This document shows positions 44,491 through 58,677 of a DNA stretch of 64,000 bases, in pieces. Origin of the DNA: the human T2T-CHM13v2.0 reference genome, Homo sapiens; assembly GCF_009914755.1 (NCBI RefSeq), contig NC_060938.1; one strand, 5' to 3'. The first letter of the stretch is position 1, and each line of letters opens with the position of its first letter. A program made the position numbers and the translations under genes. The notes below the pieces were generated by a model that worked only from the letters and a program-made list of their open reading frames with translations, had not been told where the DNA came from and did not search any database.

Positions 44491-47400
44491 CCAGCTTTTT
44501 AAAGAAAACTATTCTATAAATATGTAACAAACTTTATGTTGAAGTCCCCCAAAGTTTAGAGCTTGCGCAGAGAAGCAGAACCAAGCTGTGCTTCAATCAG
44601 CACTGCAGATACATGGGAAGGGTGAAAAAGATTTCTCTGATAAAACACACAACTGCTCAAACCTTCCATCCACTTGACCTTTATGTGAAGGCTGTCAAAA
44701 TCAACTTGGCAGCCCTTTTGCTCGAATCACTCCACGTGAGGAGGTCATTGTGAGAGAATTTCCTAATAAGAATTCTTGGAGAGCCAAGAGATGTTTACTC
44801 TTCAGGGCAAGTGGGAGGATATCCTTGGGGGTTCAAACTTGCACTTCCCTGCAGAGTCTAGATGCATTTAACTGGAGGCCTTCAGGTAGCCTGAATACCA
44901 TAGAGACAGAACGATTGACAAAGAAGCAAAGGAGGATGTACTTGCCATTCTCAAGGAAATCTACTTACCCAGCTAGCACCAAGGGGATTTCTTTGCATTT
45001 TTGAATGTGTTCCAAGACTTCCAAATGGCATTTCCTGAATCTAAAATGCCAGGTGCCTTATAAACCATTTTGTTTGTCGGAGTTTAACAGCCTCCCTCTG
45101 TGTGAAGGTAAGGTAAAGGGAATGAGTTCGTCTGAACTTGATAGCTCATTTAGAGTTGGCTGTCTTTTCTATGGCCTTGCCCTTTCTGAAACACCTGCCC
45201 TGACAGCTCCACGGCCCCCCACATGCAGAAGCAATGCCAGGGATTTATAATGCACTCTCTTTCGGTTGTAGCTCCAGGGACTGGAAGCCAAGCAATGAAG
45301 AAATAGAATAAAGGCAATTTTCTAGGATCCCACATTTGGTTGTTTGTTCTCAAGTTGAAACAGAAGTTATAGAAAATGGCTCTTTCCCTACATTACAGTA
45401 GCCCTAATTCCTGCCTTGGACGAGCTATGGATTACTTAATTTTATGTTACAAAACCCACAGCTCTGTTAAATACCATACCTAAGCAGAACTAAAAGTTTT
45501 CTTATTGCCTTTAATTAAAATTCAGATTTATAAATTACTGATCAGGAATGGTATTTACAAAGTTTAATAAGAGATTTTCATCTTCAAATAGTAGCCTCCT
45601 ATTAAGGTGATTCATTGCCTAACATTTAAAGGATTGCAGTATTATTTGCCTTATCACCAGACTGTATCATTCTTCATCAGCCCCAAAATAACAGCTAAGA
45701 GAAATAATACTTTAAAAAAGTATTTTCATAATGGTTTCATGTGGAAACAAGTAGAATGCTTCAGCTCTGCTACAAGCTATTCAACATCTAGGCCACAGAA
45801 GGAACTGCCAGAGATTTTTCAGCATGGAAGGCTTTTTTCCCACTTGTAATGGTACAAATATTGTCAGGTCCAGTATCTTACATGCATTCCAGCATGTCAC
45901 TTGATTTTTCATTTCGATGACTGTATGGTTCTCATAGCATTTGTTTCCCAATACTGCATTCAGAGTATTTGAGGTTAGGGGTTTGAATTTCACTGTCTTC
46001 TTCTTTCAGAAGTCGTTTTATTAGGGACTTTACTTCTATTACCACTTCTAAACACTTGTCTGTACTTATTTTATCTACTCATTCGGCTATACTCCTCTTA
46101 CTGGAGTGGGGAAGGAGAAAACCCAAATGTGATACTTAATTAGTTCTGCATTCCTTCCAGTGTTATTCCTAACTTTAAATACCATAAAAAGTAATTTCTT
46201 GTCAGAATGCATTTTTATTGAATTTCCTCCTGTGCTTAACTTCGGTGGCATTGCCTGGTTTCAGAGTCTTGTTTCAATGTCTACTCGGTGGCACAAATTA
46301 TTTGTATTGCATTTCAGGAAACTATCAGTGGAGCTCTCTTGTTTCCTTTGATTAGAGAATCAAATCTTTGGTCCAGATCTTAAGTGCTAGGGCTGTACAA
46401 ATAGATGTGTGCCGTCCTGGTAATTGAAAAACACATTTCTTGTAGCAGAAGTAGTCCTCATTTTATTCCTTTACTTCAGTTTTAAAGAATTGCAGAAAAT
46501 TGTGTTTCTGTGTTTCTGGAAGGTAACCTTTCTAGGGCTTTGACGATATATTCTTTTGAAATAAAGACCTCTATAGACCGTTCATAAACATCTGATGTGC
46601 CATAATTACTACCAGAGAAGGGAAAACAAGATTTTGTTTATGTAGTAGATAAAATAAATATTTAGGGCTTCTAAGGCTGATATTAAGTTGTTTACAATTC
46701 ATCTGTCAGAACATTCACATCTTATGTCAATAGATCAATTCTGCTATTAAATAACCCATTAAATTATATTTAAGTTCCTGCATTTTCTAAATATCTCAAA
46801 ATCATCTTCTGAAACCAGACTACCACTAACTAATTGAGGCCTCATAGTAGGAGGCTGACTTAGGTCTGATTTGCACCAATCAAACCTTTCCTGTTTTTAA
46901 GGCACACTTAGTCGTGAATACAAAAAGCAAAGCCACTGTATGTTGTCAAAGATCATTAACAAATTCTCCCATCCTGGTTACTTAAGAATGAATGTATAGT
47001 ATATTAAACAGGGTGTTTAGATTATCTGTTATTTACAGTTAATTTAATTAATGAAATATTTCGATAAACTTTTATGATTTAAGAGTCTGAGAAAGTTTAA
47101 ATACTCTGATGATGTCAGTGGAAAGTACAATTATGAAAGCAAGTAAAAGCAGGAATACATACCTAATTTAATCAAATAAATGTGCCAGGTATATGCTACA
47201 AACTAGGAGAACTCTGAAGGAAATAAAAGTCAGGGTCTTGCTTACCCACATGGTGGCTGGCATATTTTAAACTAGTGGATGTAAATGCACCAAAAAATGA
47301 TTGCATAGCTTGGATTAATAACACCCAAAATAAGGAAAGACATTTGATATCCCAACAGATGAAAACTCTTGTAGATAAAACAGCGGCCCCACTGACATTT

Positions 47401-47540
47401 TTCCAGAATGAGGTTTAATTCTTAGGTAATCAGAGTATTTTGCAGATCTATAATCATCAGCTTGTTATGCATATTAAGATTATTGTTCTAGATTCAGTTT
47501 TAAAGATGGTGGAATAATATTATGAAACTAAAATAGTCCA

Positions 47541-48105
47541 TTGTGGATTCTCTGATGTTTAATGGGAAAAATATTTCACAGTAATGACTTTTCTACATCT
47601 ATTGCATCCATGGGCTCTGTCTTCAGTAAGGACTCTTTCATTTTGGAAAAGCTGCTTCTTTTGATTGAGGGCTTACCCATATTCACTGCATTCGCAGAAT
47701 TTATCTCCCATGTGAATCCTCTGATGTTGCAAAGGATGAGTACTCAGTGAGGGATTTCCCACATTCATTATATTCATGGAACTTTGCCTACATAGATGCT
47801 CTGATGTTTAGTTTGACATGAAATATGTTTAATGTACTTTTCCATGTGTCTCACATATGTGAGATTTCTTGCAGCAACTGTCTGCTTTGTAATAGGAATT
47901 GATCTGACTCTGAAATCGATCTCATATTTCCATGGAGTTTTTCCTTCAGGAGAATTGCAATTTGCTTCAACTTTAAGAGCAACAAACATATCTCCAGCAT
48001 TCTTCTTACCTGAAAAACTGCTTTATGAATATTTTCCTAATGCTCATTTCCCAGAAATGCCCTACTTTGATGGCAGTCTCTCAGTTTCAGATAATCTCTC
48101 ACTAT
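47541..48105 (-). pseudogene. Decayed terminal (zinc-finger) exon of a KRAB-C2H2 gene
   Basis: With frameshifts and stops the minus strand reads SERLSETERLPSK*GISGK ... FRVRSIPITKQTV ... CETHGK..KHISCQTKHQSIYVGK ... HEYNECGKSL..QHQRIHMGDKFCECSEYG*ALNQKKQLFQNERVLTEDRAHGCNRCRKVI..IKHQRIH. Confidence 0.8.
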
Positions 48106-48754
48106 GGAATATAATGGTTGCATGTAAATTTCAACTGAGATCTGAGGATGCAGTAGATGTGGATACCAAAATTAGGTGCCGAAACAGAATACAGATACTC
48201 AAAGCAAACAATTTTTAAATGGCTCAACATTTGTTAATGGCTCCCAAAAGCAAAAGAAATATACAAAAGTGCCTCAGATATAATTTTGTCAGCAGAATTT
48301 CTTTGAAGAAAACTATTCTGTGAACCTCCAAGGAGAGTAGGGAGAGTAGGGAGTATCTACTTTACCAACGTAAGCTTATTGAAGGAGACTTTCAATCTAT
48401 TAGGAAAAATTAATATCTGACTCCTGCACCTGAGAACACATAGGTCACTTTAATTATTGCAAGGGACTAGGCATTCTAATTGAATGGGACTAGTCTAATT
48501 GCATGGGACTGAGCATTCTTATTGAGACTTTAATTGCGATTTAAAATCCACAAAGGCTTTCCTGGAGAATGAGCTCAATTGTGAGCCTCTGGTGTTTTCA
48601 TCCAAAAATGTGAAAAGAGTAATCTTACTCAGAGAAAATTCCAAAGAGATAGTAGGGAACAACATAACATTTCATATTGATCACCCTTTTTGCCTTTTTC
48701 GTGACCAACACACAGGTTCTATGAATGTTAAGTATGCTTCTTTTTATCATTTAC

Positions 48755-48902
48755 AAAAATTCTTTGATCTGAATTCATGATAAATCCATTATCAGGAAAA
48801 TGTACAGTCTTTGAGCAGGCTCGAATTGACCCTTCTTCTTCAGTAAATTTCACAGACTTTAATTTGATATAGATTTTAATGATATTAATGATACTGAGTT
48901 TC
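48755..48902 (-). pseudogene. Putative degenerate KRAB-A exon of the same fossil gene
   Basis: The minus strand of 48801-48856 reads SVKFTEEE-(frameshift)-GQFEPAQRLY (KRAB-A consensus AVDFTQEEWxxLDPAQRxLY); upstream SVSL (cf. SVTF) follows 'tttctg'; downstream GTAAAT is donor-like. Confidence 0.55.
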
Positions 48903-49614
48903 AGAAATTGCCTGCATGACTCTTTGTGTGTGTGTGTGTGCCGGGTCTTTAGTTTTTGTTTTAATAAGGAAAAGAAATTCCCAAGGCAACCAAGAGAAAT
49001 ACATCAGCCCAAAATGCTTTCTTGCTCTTTTATATTTTAAAATGAAAATTAAGAGTTATGGTTATGGTTTCTAGACTCTGTCTGAAAGTGGAAATCTTTA
49101 TTGATCTTGTGCAGACTGTTTCCCTTGAACTTAGTGTGTATTTAGTTCTTTGCTTTTGGGGGACAATGTGCAGAATGGTTGCCCACTATCTGACTATCTA
49201 CATCTAGGGTCCATAGGCCAAGATGGCAAAATCCACCTACGTGTTATTTCATTGTAGACATAAAGAAAATTTTTTAAATCTCATATATCATAGAAACAAA
49301 GGAAATAAGCCATACAATTTTCTAACCAAATAGAAACTTTAACAAGACACGTTTTTCTCTGTTAACTAGAACTATGAAAATTCTCTTCCCAGAAAAGACC
49401 AACAAAACATTGTAGTGCATTATTTAAAAAGAATGAGATAGTCACAGTATGTTAATCCTTCCATTTCCACTGAGAAAGGAATTTATGAAGATATGTTGCT
49501 ACCAGAGAATTTTCAGATCTAGTGACCATTTTCTCCTTCTATTTTCTGCGTAGGAAAGCTGACTTCCTGAGAAGATCTCCATCTTCAGGTATGGTAGTTA
49601 AAACTTGTTCTCAG

Positions 49615-49926
<312 letters not shown>

Positions 49927-50537
49927 TCAATTCTGGATAGCCCTGCCCTGTGTGGTCAAAACCTATGGTATAAAATGATTTTGAAGAAATTTTCCGAATT
50001 TAAGAACTAAGGGTATGATATAGTATCCCAAATCTCAGTGTCTGTTTGTTGAAATGGAATGACATTTGTGAGAACTCATCTCAGTGATACATAGCATGAA
50101 TATTGGGTGGACTCATTGAAAGCAAAACCACTAAAGTCAGTTCACATTTTCAAAGACTAAACAACTACTTCCAAAGCTTGAAAAGTTACCCAAGTATATT
50201 AAAATAGTGCTCTTAGACAAATCTGTATTTAAGAGGGATTTCTGGCTCTCTGGGTCTCAGTCCTACAGCTTGGTCAAGCCGTCTATTTTGCTCAGGCTTG
50301 AGTCTAAGGAGATACAGAGATGTTCAAAGGCAGATTCTGAAAATAAGGATTTTCTTTGAACATGAAAAGATGATCTTCATCAGGAAGCTCATAACCTTAA
50401 CTTAAATGAGATATCTTTGTTTAAATCTATCTATATTGTTAAGAAGTTCCATAAACTCACTATATTAGCTAAGATTCTCTAGAAAAATAGCACTATATAT
50501 ATATACACACACACAGACATATACACATAGGTACATA

Positions 50538-51255
<718 letters not shown>

Positions 51256-51716
51256 TATCTATATCTATAGATATAGAGGTCTCTCTCTATATATATACAC
51301 GTCTTTACATTAAAAGCATATATATAGGCAGCTACATGCCTATATATACATATATAGAACAAATCTATCTATATATCTATAACAATTGTTATAAGAAATT
51401 AGCTCACATTATTATGGAGGTTGGCCAGTTCAAATCTGCAACGGGGTTGTCAGGCTACAGCAGAACAAGGAAAGCCAATGTTCCAGTTCCAGTTTGAAGG
51501 CTGGCAGGCTGTAGAATTCTCTCTTGCTCAGCAAGACTGGACTTTTTGTGCTATGCAGGGCTTCAATGATTGGATGAGATCCACTCACATTTTTGGAGAG
51601 TGATGTTTCACCAAATGTTCACAGATGTAATTGTTAATCTCATCCAAAAGCATCTCCCCCCAAAAAATGTCATGCACAAGATCTGAGGTTGCTGTTGTTA
51701 ATTTTATTTTTAATGA

Positions 51717-52088
51717 TGTGTTAGTACATACAGGATGCTATTTTAAAAATACCACAAAATGGGTAGCTTATAAACAAAAAATATATATATATGTGTCTCA
51801 CTGTACTAGAGGCTGGAAAGGCCAAGATCGAGGATCCGCAGATTCAATGTCTGGTAAGGCCCCTCTTCCTTCTTCATGGATAGCTGGCTTTTTGCTGTGT
51901 CTCGCATGGCAGAAAGGGAAAATGTGCTCTTTTGGGTTTATTTTACAAGGACACTCATCCCATTCAGGAGGGTTCTCCCCTCATGAGCAAATTCTCTCCC
52001 AAATTTCCCATTTCCTGACACCATTGCCTTGTGGGTTAGGATTTCATCATAAGAATTTTGAGAGGACACAAACTTTCAGATCATAACA
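51717..52088 (-). mobile_element. MLT1A-like LTR
   Basis: 'aaaataccacaaaatgggtagcttataaac...gaggctggaaaggccaagatc...gggttaggatttca...gacacaaactttcagatcataaca'. Confidence 0.88.
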
Positions 52089-52989
52089 TCAGGAGAAGCT
52101 TGAACTGAACTTGAACTGAGTTCACTAGCTATAATTAATATAAAAGTAGAAAAATATAAAGGATAATTTTCATATGTTCGACACTGACTTGTTTACAAAT
52201 TAGTGCTTCAATTTTCAAATAATCCCAAATGCTTCTTTCATCTTTCATCCACATTCTGTCTTTAAGCTAAGGTACTGTTTTCTTGCTGATAGCCCCTACC
52301 TATAAGTAATAATAGTAATAATACTCTGAGAGATAAAATTATACTACTGATGAAATTTTTTACATTATCCATAGATTTCAATTACACAATTCTGAGTTCC
52401 ACATTATCATAGACAGTCAGTGGTTTATATAATCTATAGGGAGTGCAGAAAATGTTGAATTCTAGAAATTACATGAAAATCAAAGAACCTAATGCTACCT
52501 GGTGATTCATGCTACCTAGTCATTCAAATATGTTAGATAACAAATCTAATTTTTATAAGGCTTAGATGATTGGCAAAGAAAAAAAAGAGGCTCTTGAACA
52601 TTCCATTTCCAGCAATATTTGTTCATTTGCCGTATAAAATGTTTTTACGAACCATATTAGTATCATAATAGGATATTAGATAGCCTAAAGGAGACAATTT
52701 TGATTTACACCTGAGTACTCACTTTGACTAATGGGTCTTCTTGAAACATTTGAGTAAATCTTGAAAGAGATACTAATGCAGAAAGAGGCCATAAACAATT
52801 TTTTTCCTACATTTTGGAAGTTTCTCTGTGCTGAATAAATCTTAAAAGTGATAGAATGTGTAGCTTGCTCCTCCTTAAAAGATAGAATTTTCAAATTGTG
52901 TCCATTTTATTATTTTATCATTATTTTTCAAGTTATAGAAAATATATTTCAATAGAACAGAGATATTTATTTCATTAATACACTAAAAT

Positions 52990-54390
52990 AAAACAACAAT
53001 AACAATAATGACGACTGATCTGGTATACCCTGATAATTAAAATAGATAAAGCCTAAAAGTAAATTATAAATGATTCTTTTTAAATATGTATTTTTATGCT
53101 GGTTTGTAGGTAATATCAGCAAGTTGGACAAGATTTGGAGGAGGAGGAGTGTGATTCATTAATATCATGAAATATACAAAGTTCTCAGTGAATATTGAGA
53201 AGTTTAGGTACTAAGAGACATTTAAAAATCTTTCAAAATTTATTGTCAAAATATTAACTAAATAAATGAAGGCACAAATCCCAACCACAATTCATGATTT
53301 TAGTAAACCCTTTCTTAGTAACTGATAAGGCAAGTTGACTAAAAAGGCCAAAATTAGTAAGGATATAAGATATTGACCAACTATCAAACACCTTGACCTA
53401 TTAAACATTTAAAGATATCCAACAACTACAGAATACACATTCTATCCAAGTAGACATGGAGTATTTCCTATATGTGACTATACGTGGGACTGCAAAATAA
53501 GTCTGAAAATCAATTTAGATATCGACGACAACATGATATTTAGAAGACACACAGATAATTAGATATTCAACTGCTAAATAACCGATCACCCAAAGACATC
53601 ACAAGGGAAATTTTCATTTGAAGGATAATGTATATATAAAACACGCAAGTATATAGGTGCAGGTCAAACAGTGCTTAAGGCGACAATTATCACCTAAAAT
53701 GCCTCAGAAAAAAAAACAAAAAGCATTAAAGCCAACCATTTAAATTTCTACACTAAAAAGCTAAAGAACTTAAAGCCCAAATAACTAAAAGAAAATAAAT
53801 AATCATATAAAAGCAGAATTTAATAAAATCAATAATAAAAAATAGAAAAAATTAGCAAAACCCAAAGTTCATTCTTTGAAAAGTTTTTAAAAATTAGTAA
53901 ATCTCAGCAGACTGAATGAACAGGGTAAAACAGGAAGGAAGGAAGTGAAGTTGAAAGAAGGGAGGGAAGGAACATGTTATTAATATCAGGAGAAAGAAGG
54001 GGATATCATTATAGTAACTGCAGAAATTTTAAGGAAGAAAAATAAGTGAATATTATGAACAACTTCAAAAATACTAATAAAATTGACATTAAAAAAAGTT
54101 ACCAAAATTAGCTCAAGAGAAAAAAGACAATCTAAATAGCCCCTATGTATTAAAGAGATATTTTGTCTCAATAGCCATCTGATGAAAAATTTCAGGTCCA
54201 GATGCTTTTATTTGTAAATTCTATTAAACATTAAAAAATTAAATAATAATTATCTTAAAAAAAAAGTAGAAAACATTTTACAATTTATTTGCTGACCTAA
54301 CTCTAACACCAAAACCTGATAGAGACATTGCAAGTTAACTACAAGCTAATAAACATGGATGTGAAAAGCTTTGAAAAAATATTAGACTAC
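52990..54390 (+). mobile_element. Old L1M ORF2 fragment (endonuclease and following region)
   Basis: 'aaaattagtaaggatata', 'ccaacaactacagaatacacattct', 'caaagttcattctttgaaaag', 'tcaggtccagatgctttta', 'acaccaaaacctgatagagacatt'. Confidence 0.85.
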
Positions 54391-55089
54391 AATAAATTTC
54401 TGCTCTTTTTGGAATAACATGAAAAACATTGTCATCTGCTTTGATGATAAGAAAGCCTATCAAGGTCATGCTCTGTATCAGATTAACTGTGAATCTCAAC
54501 AACTAATTAGCAGCCTTCAACATCATAATGGATCAGCATGGAATTAATCTGTACTGACTCAGCCCTTTAACCCAATGGTACCCCCTTGATTGTATTGCTT
54601 TTATTTCTTTGTTTACCCAACATGTCAACCTTCTTTATTGAAATTGCATAATAAAAATCTGCTGGAATTTCCCAACTCTCAAGATCCCAGAGAGATAGAA
54701 AATACTATTAATTTTAACCAGAAATGATTCTGATAAGTAACGGAGCTCTTATTTTCCAGTTGAAATTATAATCATCCTTTGTGTTTCTCTCACTAAACTG
54801 TAGATCCACTTCCATGGGTTCGAATCAATATTAAGTTTGACTAAGGAGTGAATGTCAATCATATTTAAATAAACTTCTATAAGTGATTGTTAAAAAGGCA
54901 CTCAACTCTCTAGATCCCTTGGGACTCACATTTCTTATAGGAGAGAACAAAAATGTTGAGAATGATATATTTTATTTTACTGTGTATTATTTTTGTTTGG
55001 GTTAAAAATCAGAGAGGTTTTAAGAAAAATATTTAGAAAATTATTTTCAATTTTGAAAAGAGCTTATAATCACTATTTGCGGATTTAGA

Positions 55090-55232
55090 AACACTCAGAA
55101 GATTTGAAGAGTTATGGACACCTCCTTTATATAATGCACATTTGAACACAGATGAAACAAAATGCAAACAATTTTAGGCCTCCTGAAGTTCAACCATGGA
55201 AGAGACCAGAACCTCAAATTAAGATGTACTAA
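55090..55232. mobile_element. hAT-Charlie MITE fragment
   Basis: 'gttatggacacctcc...aatgcacat...aaaatgcaaacaattttagg...ctgaagttcaaccatgga'. Confidence 0.5.
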
Positions 55233-56412
55233 TCAAGGACTTTCTGATTTAAGTTTCCACATTTTTGAAACATTAATCTATATAGGACTTTTAAGAGGAA
55301 TAAACAGTCAACAGATTACATTATATAAAAGATTATATTTTCAAGAACTACTCCGACCCAGTAACTTAGAGCCAAATACTCAGTTTAATTAGGCAATAGA
55401 TAGAATAATTAGCCTGGAAAATAACATTTTGATAGTAGGCTTACCCCATCTACAAGCTCACTGTTTGACCTTGAACAAGGTGTTCAACCTCTGCAAGACT
55501 GTTTCTGCATAGTTAGTTCAGAAAATAACTCCTGAAAATGTGACTGGCACATTGACTGATTCCATAAACATTTGCCAAACTCACGTAAAGCAGATCACAG
55601 GGCTTTAGTCGCAAGCATCAACAAATCTCCGGAAGAGCTGCCTGTAAGTTCACAACTCCTCTCTCAGAGTAGTCCCTCATGAAACTTCTCTGGGAGGTGC
55701 TGATGCATTGCATCACTGAAACAGCAAGAAGTGCAACAGTGTAAACAAACAAAGCTAGGCCCTTGAAATTTAAGGAACCCAGTGGATTTCTTTAACCAAT
55801 TTCAAATCCTACTCACACCCAAAACACAAATTCTTTGTTCACATAATGAAAACATTTGGGAACAGAATATAAGGATCAACAGTGTAAAATGGAGCTGGGA
55901 AAATGAGTGCCCGGGATTGTGGTGCCCACCCCCATCAGACAATTAAGGATTTGAAGCGAAAACATGGCCGAGGTTCCCAGAATATCATTTTGATAGCTCT
56001 GCCGTTGCCAGTTGCTTCTTTTTCACGTGGTAGTAGTCAAAATTCAGGAGGCATGCCTGCTGAAAACCACATCAAACATGCTGGACTCAGTCAGTATTAC
56101 ATCCTAGTTCCTTCCATTCTTTATCCCATGAACCACATTGCTCATCCCTTCGCAGTTATTTTACATTTTCTAGGCAGGAAAGCAAAAGTGACAGATGATT
56201 TTAAAAGTGCAGTGATCTGCCTTCCTTTTATTTATATAAAGTGATTTATGCCAGATCAATTCTTTGCTACTGCCTGTTACCATATTTCCATTTTTCTTAT
56301 GATTCTGCTATATTCATGCTAACACATGCTGACAAATTATAAGTCCTTAACCCCCACTCCCATCTAAACATATATACACAAGTACACACTTCATTCTTCT
56401 TCTCCAGTCTGA

Positions 56413-56786
<374 letters not shown>

Positions 56787-58288
56787 GGCATTATTCACAT
56801 TTTCCTGATGAAGAAACCAAGTCTTAGTTTCTTTCCCAATACCACAGCCTTTAAAGTGGCAGAGCCACATTTTTTTTCAGATATCAAAGCCCAGAACTTT
56901 TAATCATTAAGTTGTACACTTACCTACATATATAAACTACATATATAAACTACAGGTGTTTCCCTAACCTGAAATATTGTACAATTTGGGAGTGCATGGG
57001 CTTATAAAGAAAAAACAAGAGCTTCAACAAAAGCAGCCTTAAATTTACTGGAGGAAACAAGGTTATCTATCTGTTTTTTCAAAACTTTGGTGCAAGTCTG
57101 AGCTGGGTGATAGCAAAGTAAGAGAGAAAGGCCTGAGGAAGGATAGAGCTAAATATTTAAATATAATCAAGGACCAGGAGAGTCCAAATTATTTTGTGCA
57201 GCCAGTCATACCTCACCTTCCCCAATGTTCTAAGGAGATTAAATGCAAAGTTCAATAAAAAAATGGGAAAGCGAGAGCTGCTTAGGTACTAGCTGTAATG
57301 CTTAACACTGTGGCTGGGATTCAGGCCTAAGTAGGGTCTTATTCTTAGCTTGTCTCTCAGCCCCAGTCAAGTTACTGTTAAGTCTTAGAGCCAGTGGAGT
57401 GACCTAAGGTTAGTGCTTAAGTCTACTCACCTTCATAATCACACAATATTACCAAAGACAAGACATGAGAAGATCCAAAGACCCTGAATTTCTCTGGCCT
57501 ATTGGAGTCTTAAATGCAGGAAGAAGTGAGAAAAAGCGGAACGTACTTCCCCAATAATAACTGTTCTATTTAATATGCCAAGCTCTGGCCAATCACAATA
57601 TCAAGACTTTGGCCATGTGAAGAGGTATCTGGCAGAGGCGGTATAAAATCTTTTAAAAGGGGAGAGAAGGCTGCAAATAACCCCCTTCATACACACACAT
57701 GTGCGTGCACACACACGCACATTCTACCGTTCATTCATTGATTGTACAAATGTTTAGATGGCAAGAACTGTTTTCTGTCCTAGAGATATTTTAATAAACG
57801 ACAAGTGGATGTGCAATCATCAACATTATAGCTTAGTGCAGATATAATATTGCACAAAGGACAAAGACAACAGAAATTATTACGTAAAAAGTAATTTCAG
57901 AGAGTGATAATTGCTATTAAGATGAAAATGAATCAGTGACATTCAAATGAATTTCACCCAGTGAGGGAAAAAACACAGAATTTGGAGTCAAAAAGCCTGG
58001 GTTCTTCAGGAACACGCTATCACTCAATGTGCTGTTGTATAGTTAATCTTCCAGGTATCATTGTATTGTCATCTGTAAAATGGAAAGATCAGCGTTATTT
58101 AAATGCATAATACTTTCAGGAAACCAATATAAATCATAGCTAATGTTGGCTAAAATTTTGTTTTGTCAGGCAGTGCACTAAATATATTACTTATACTAAT
58201 TTTTATTCTTAAAACAACCGCAGATGGTAGATGCCACATCTATTATGGCTGCCTTACAAATAATAAAATCCAGGCAGGTAAAAGTTAG

Positions 58289-58677
58289 TGATATAGTTTG
58301 GATATTTGTTTCCACCCAAATCTCATGTTGAATTGTAATTCCTAGTGCTGGAATTAGGGCCTGGTGGAAGGTGTTTTTATCACGAGGGTGGATCTCCCAT
58401 GGTTTGGTGCTATCTTTGTGATTGCGAGTTCTTGCAAAATCTGGTCATTTAAAAGCATGTGTCACCTGCCTCTACCCCTACTCGCTCTCTTGCATTTTCG
58501 CTATGTGATGCTACTCCTCTTGTCATGAGTAAAAGCTTACTGAGCCCCCCCCCCAAAAGCAGGTACTGGCACCATGCTTCCTGTAGAGCAGAACCGTGAG
58601 CCAATTAAACCTTTTTTCTTTATAAACTTCCCAGGATTGGATACTTCTTTATAGCAATGCAAGAACAGCCTAACACA
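58289..58677 (+). mobile_element. MSTA solo LTR inserted in a MIR
   Basis: 'tgatatagtttggatatttg...caaatctcatgttgaattgtaat...gtgagccaattaaacc...gcaagaacagcctaacaca'. Confidence 0.93.

Noticed and set aside
47832-48218. 128-aa plus-strand ORF
   Set aside because: Antisense to the ZNF fossil exon; no recognisable domain.
51631-52086. Longest ORF in the window (151 aa)
   Set aside because: Lies almost entirely within an antisense MLT1A LTR and has no true ATG start.
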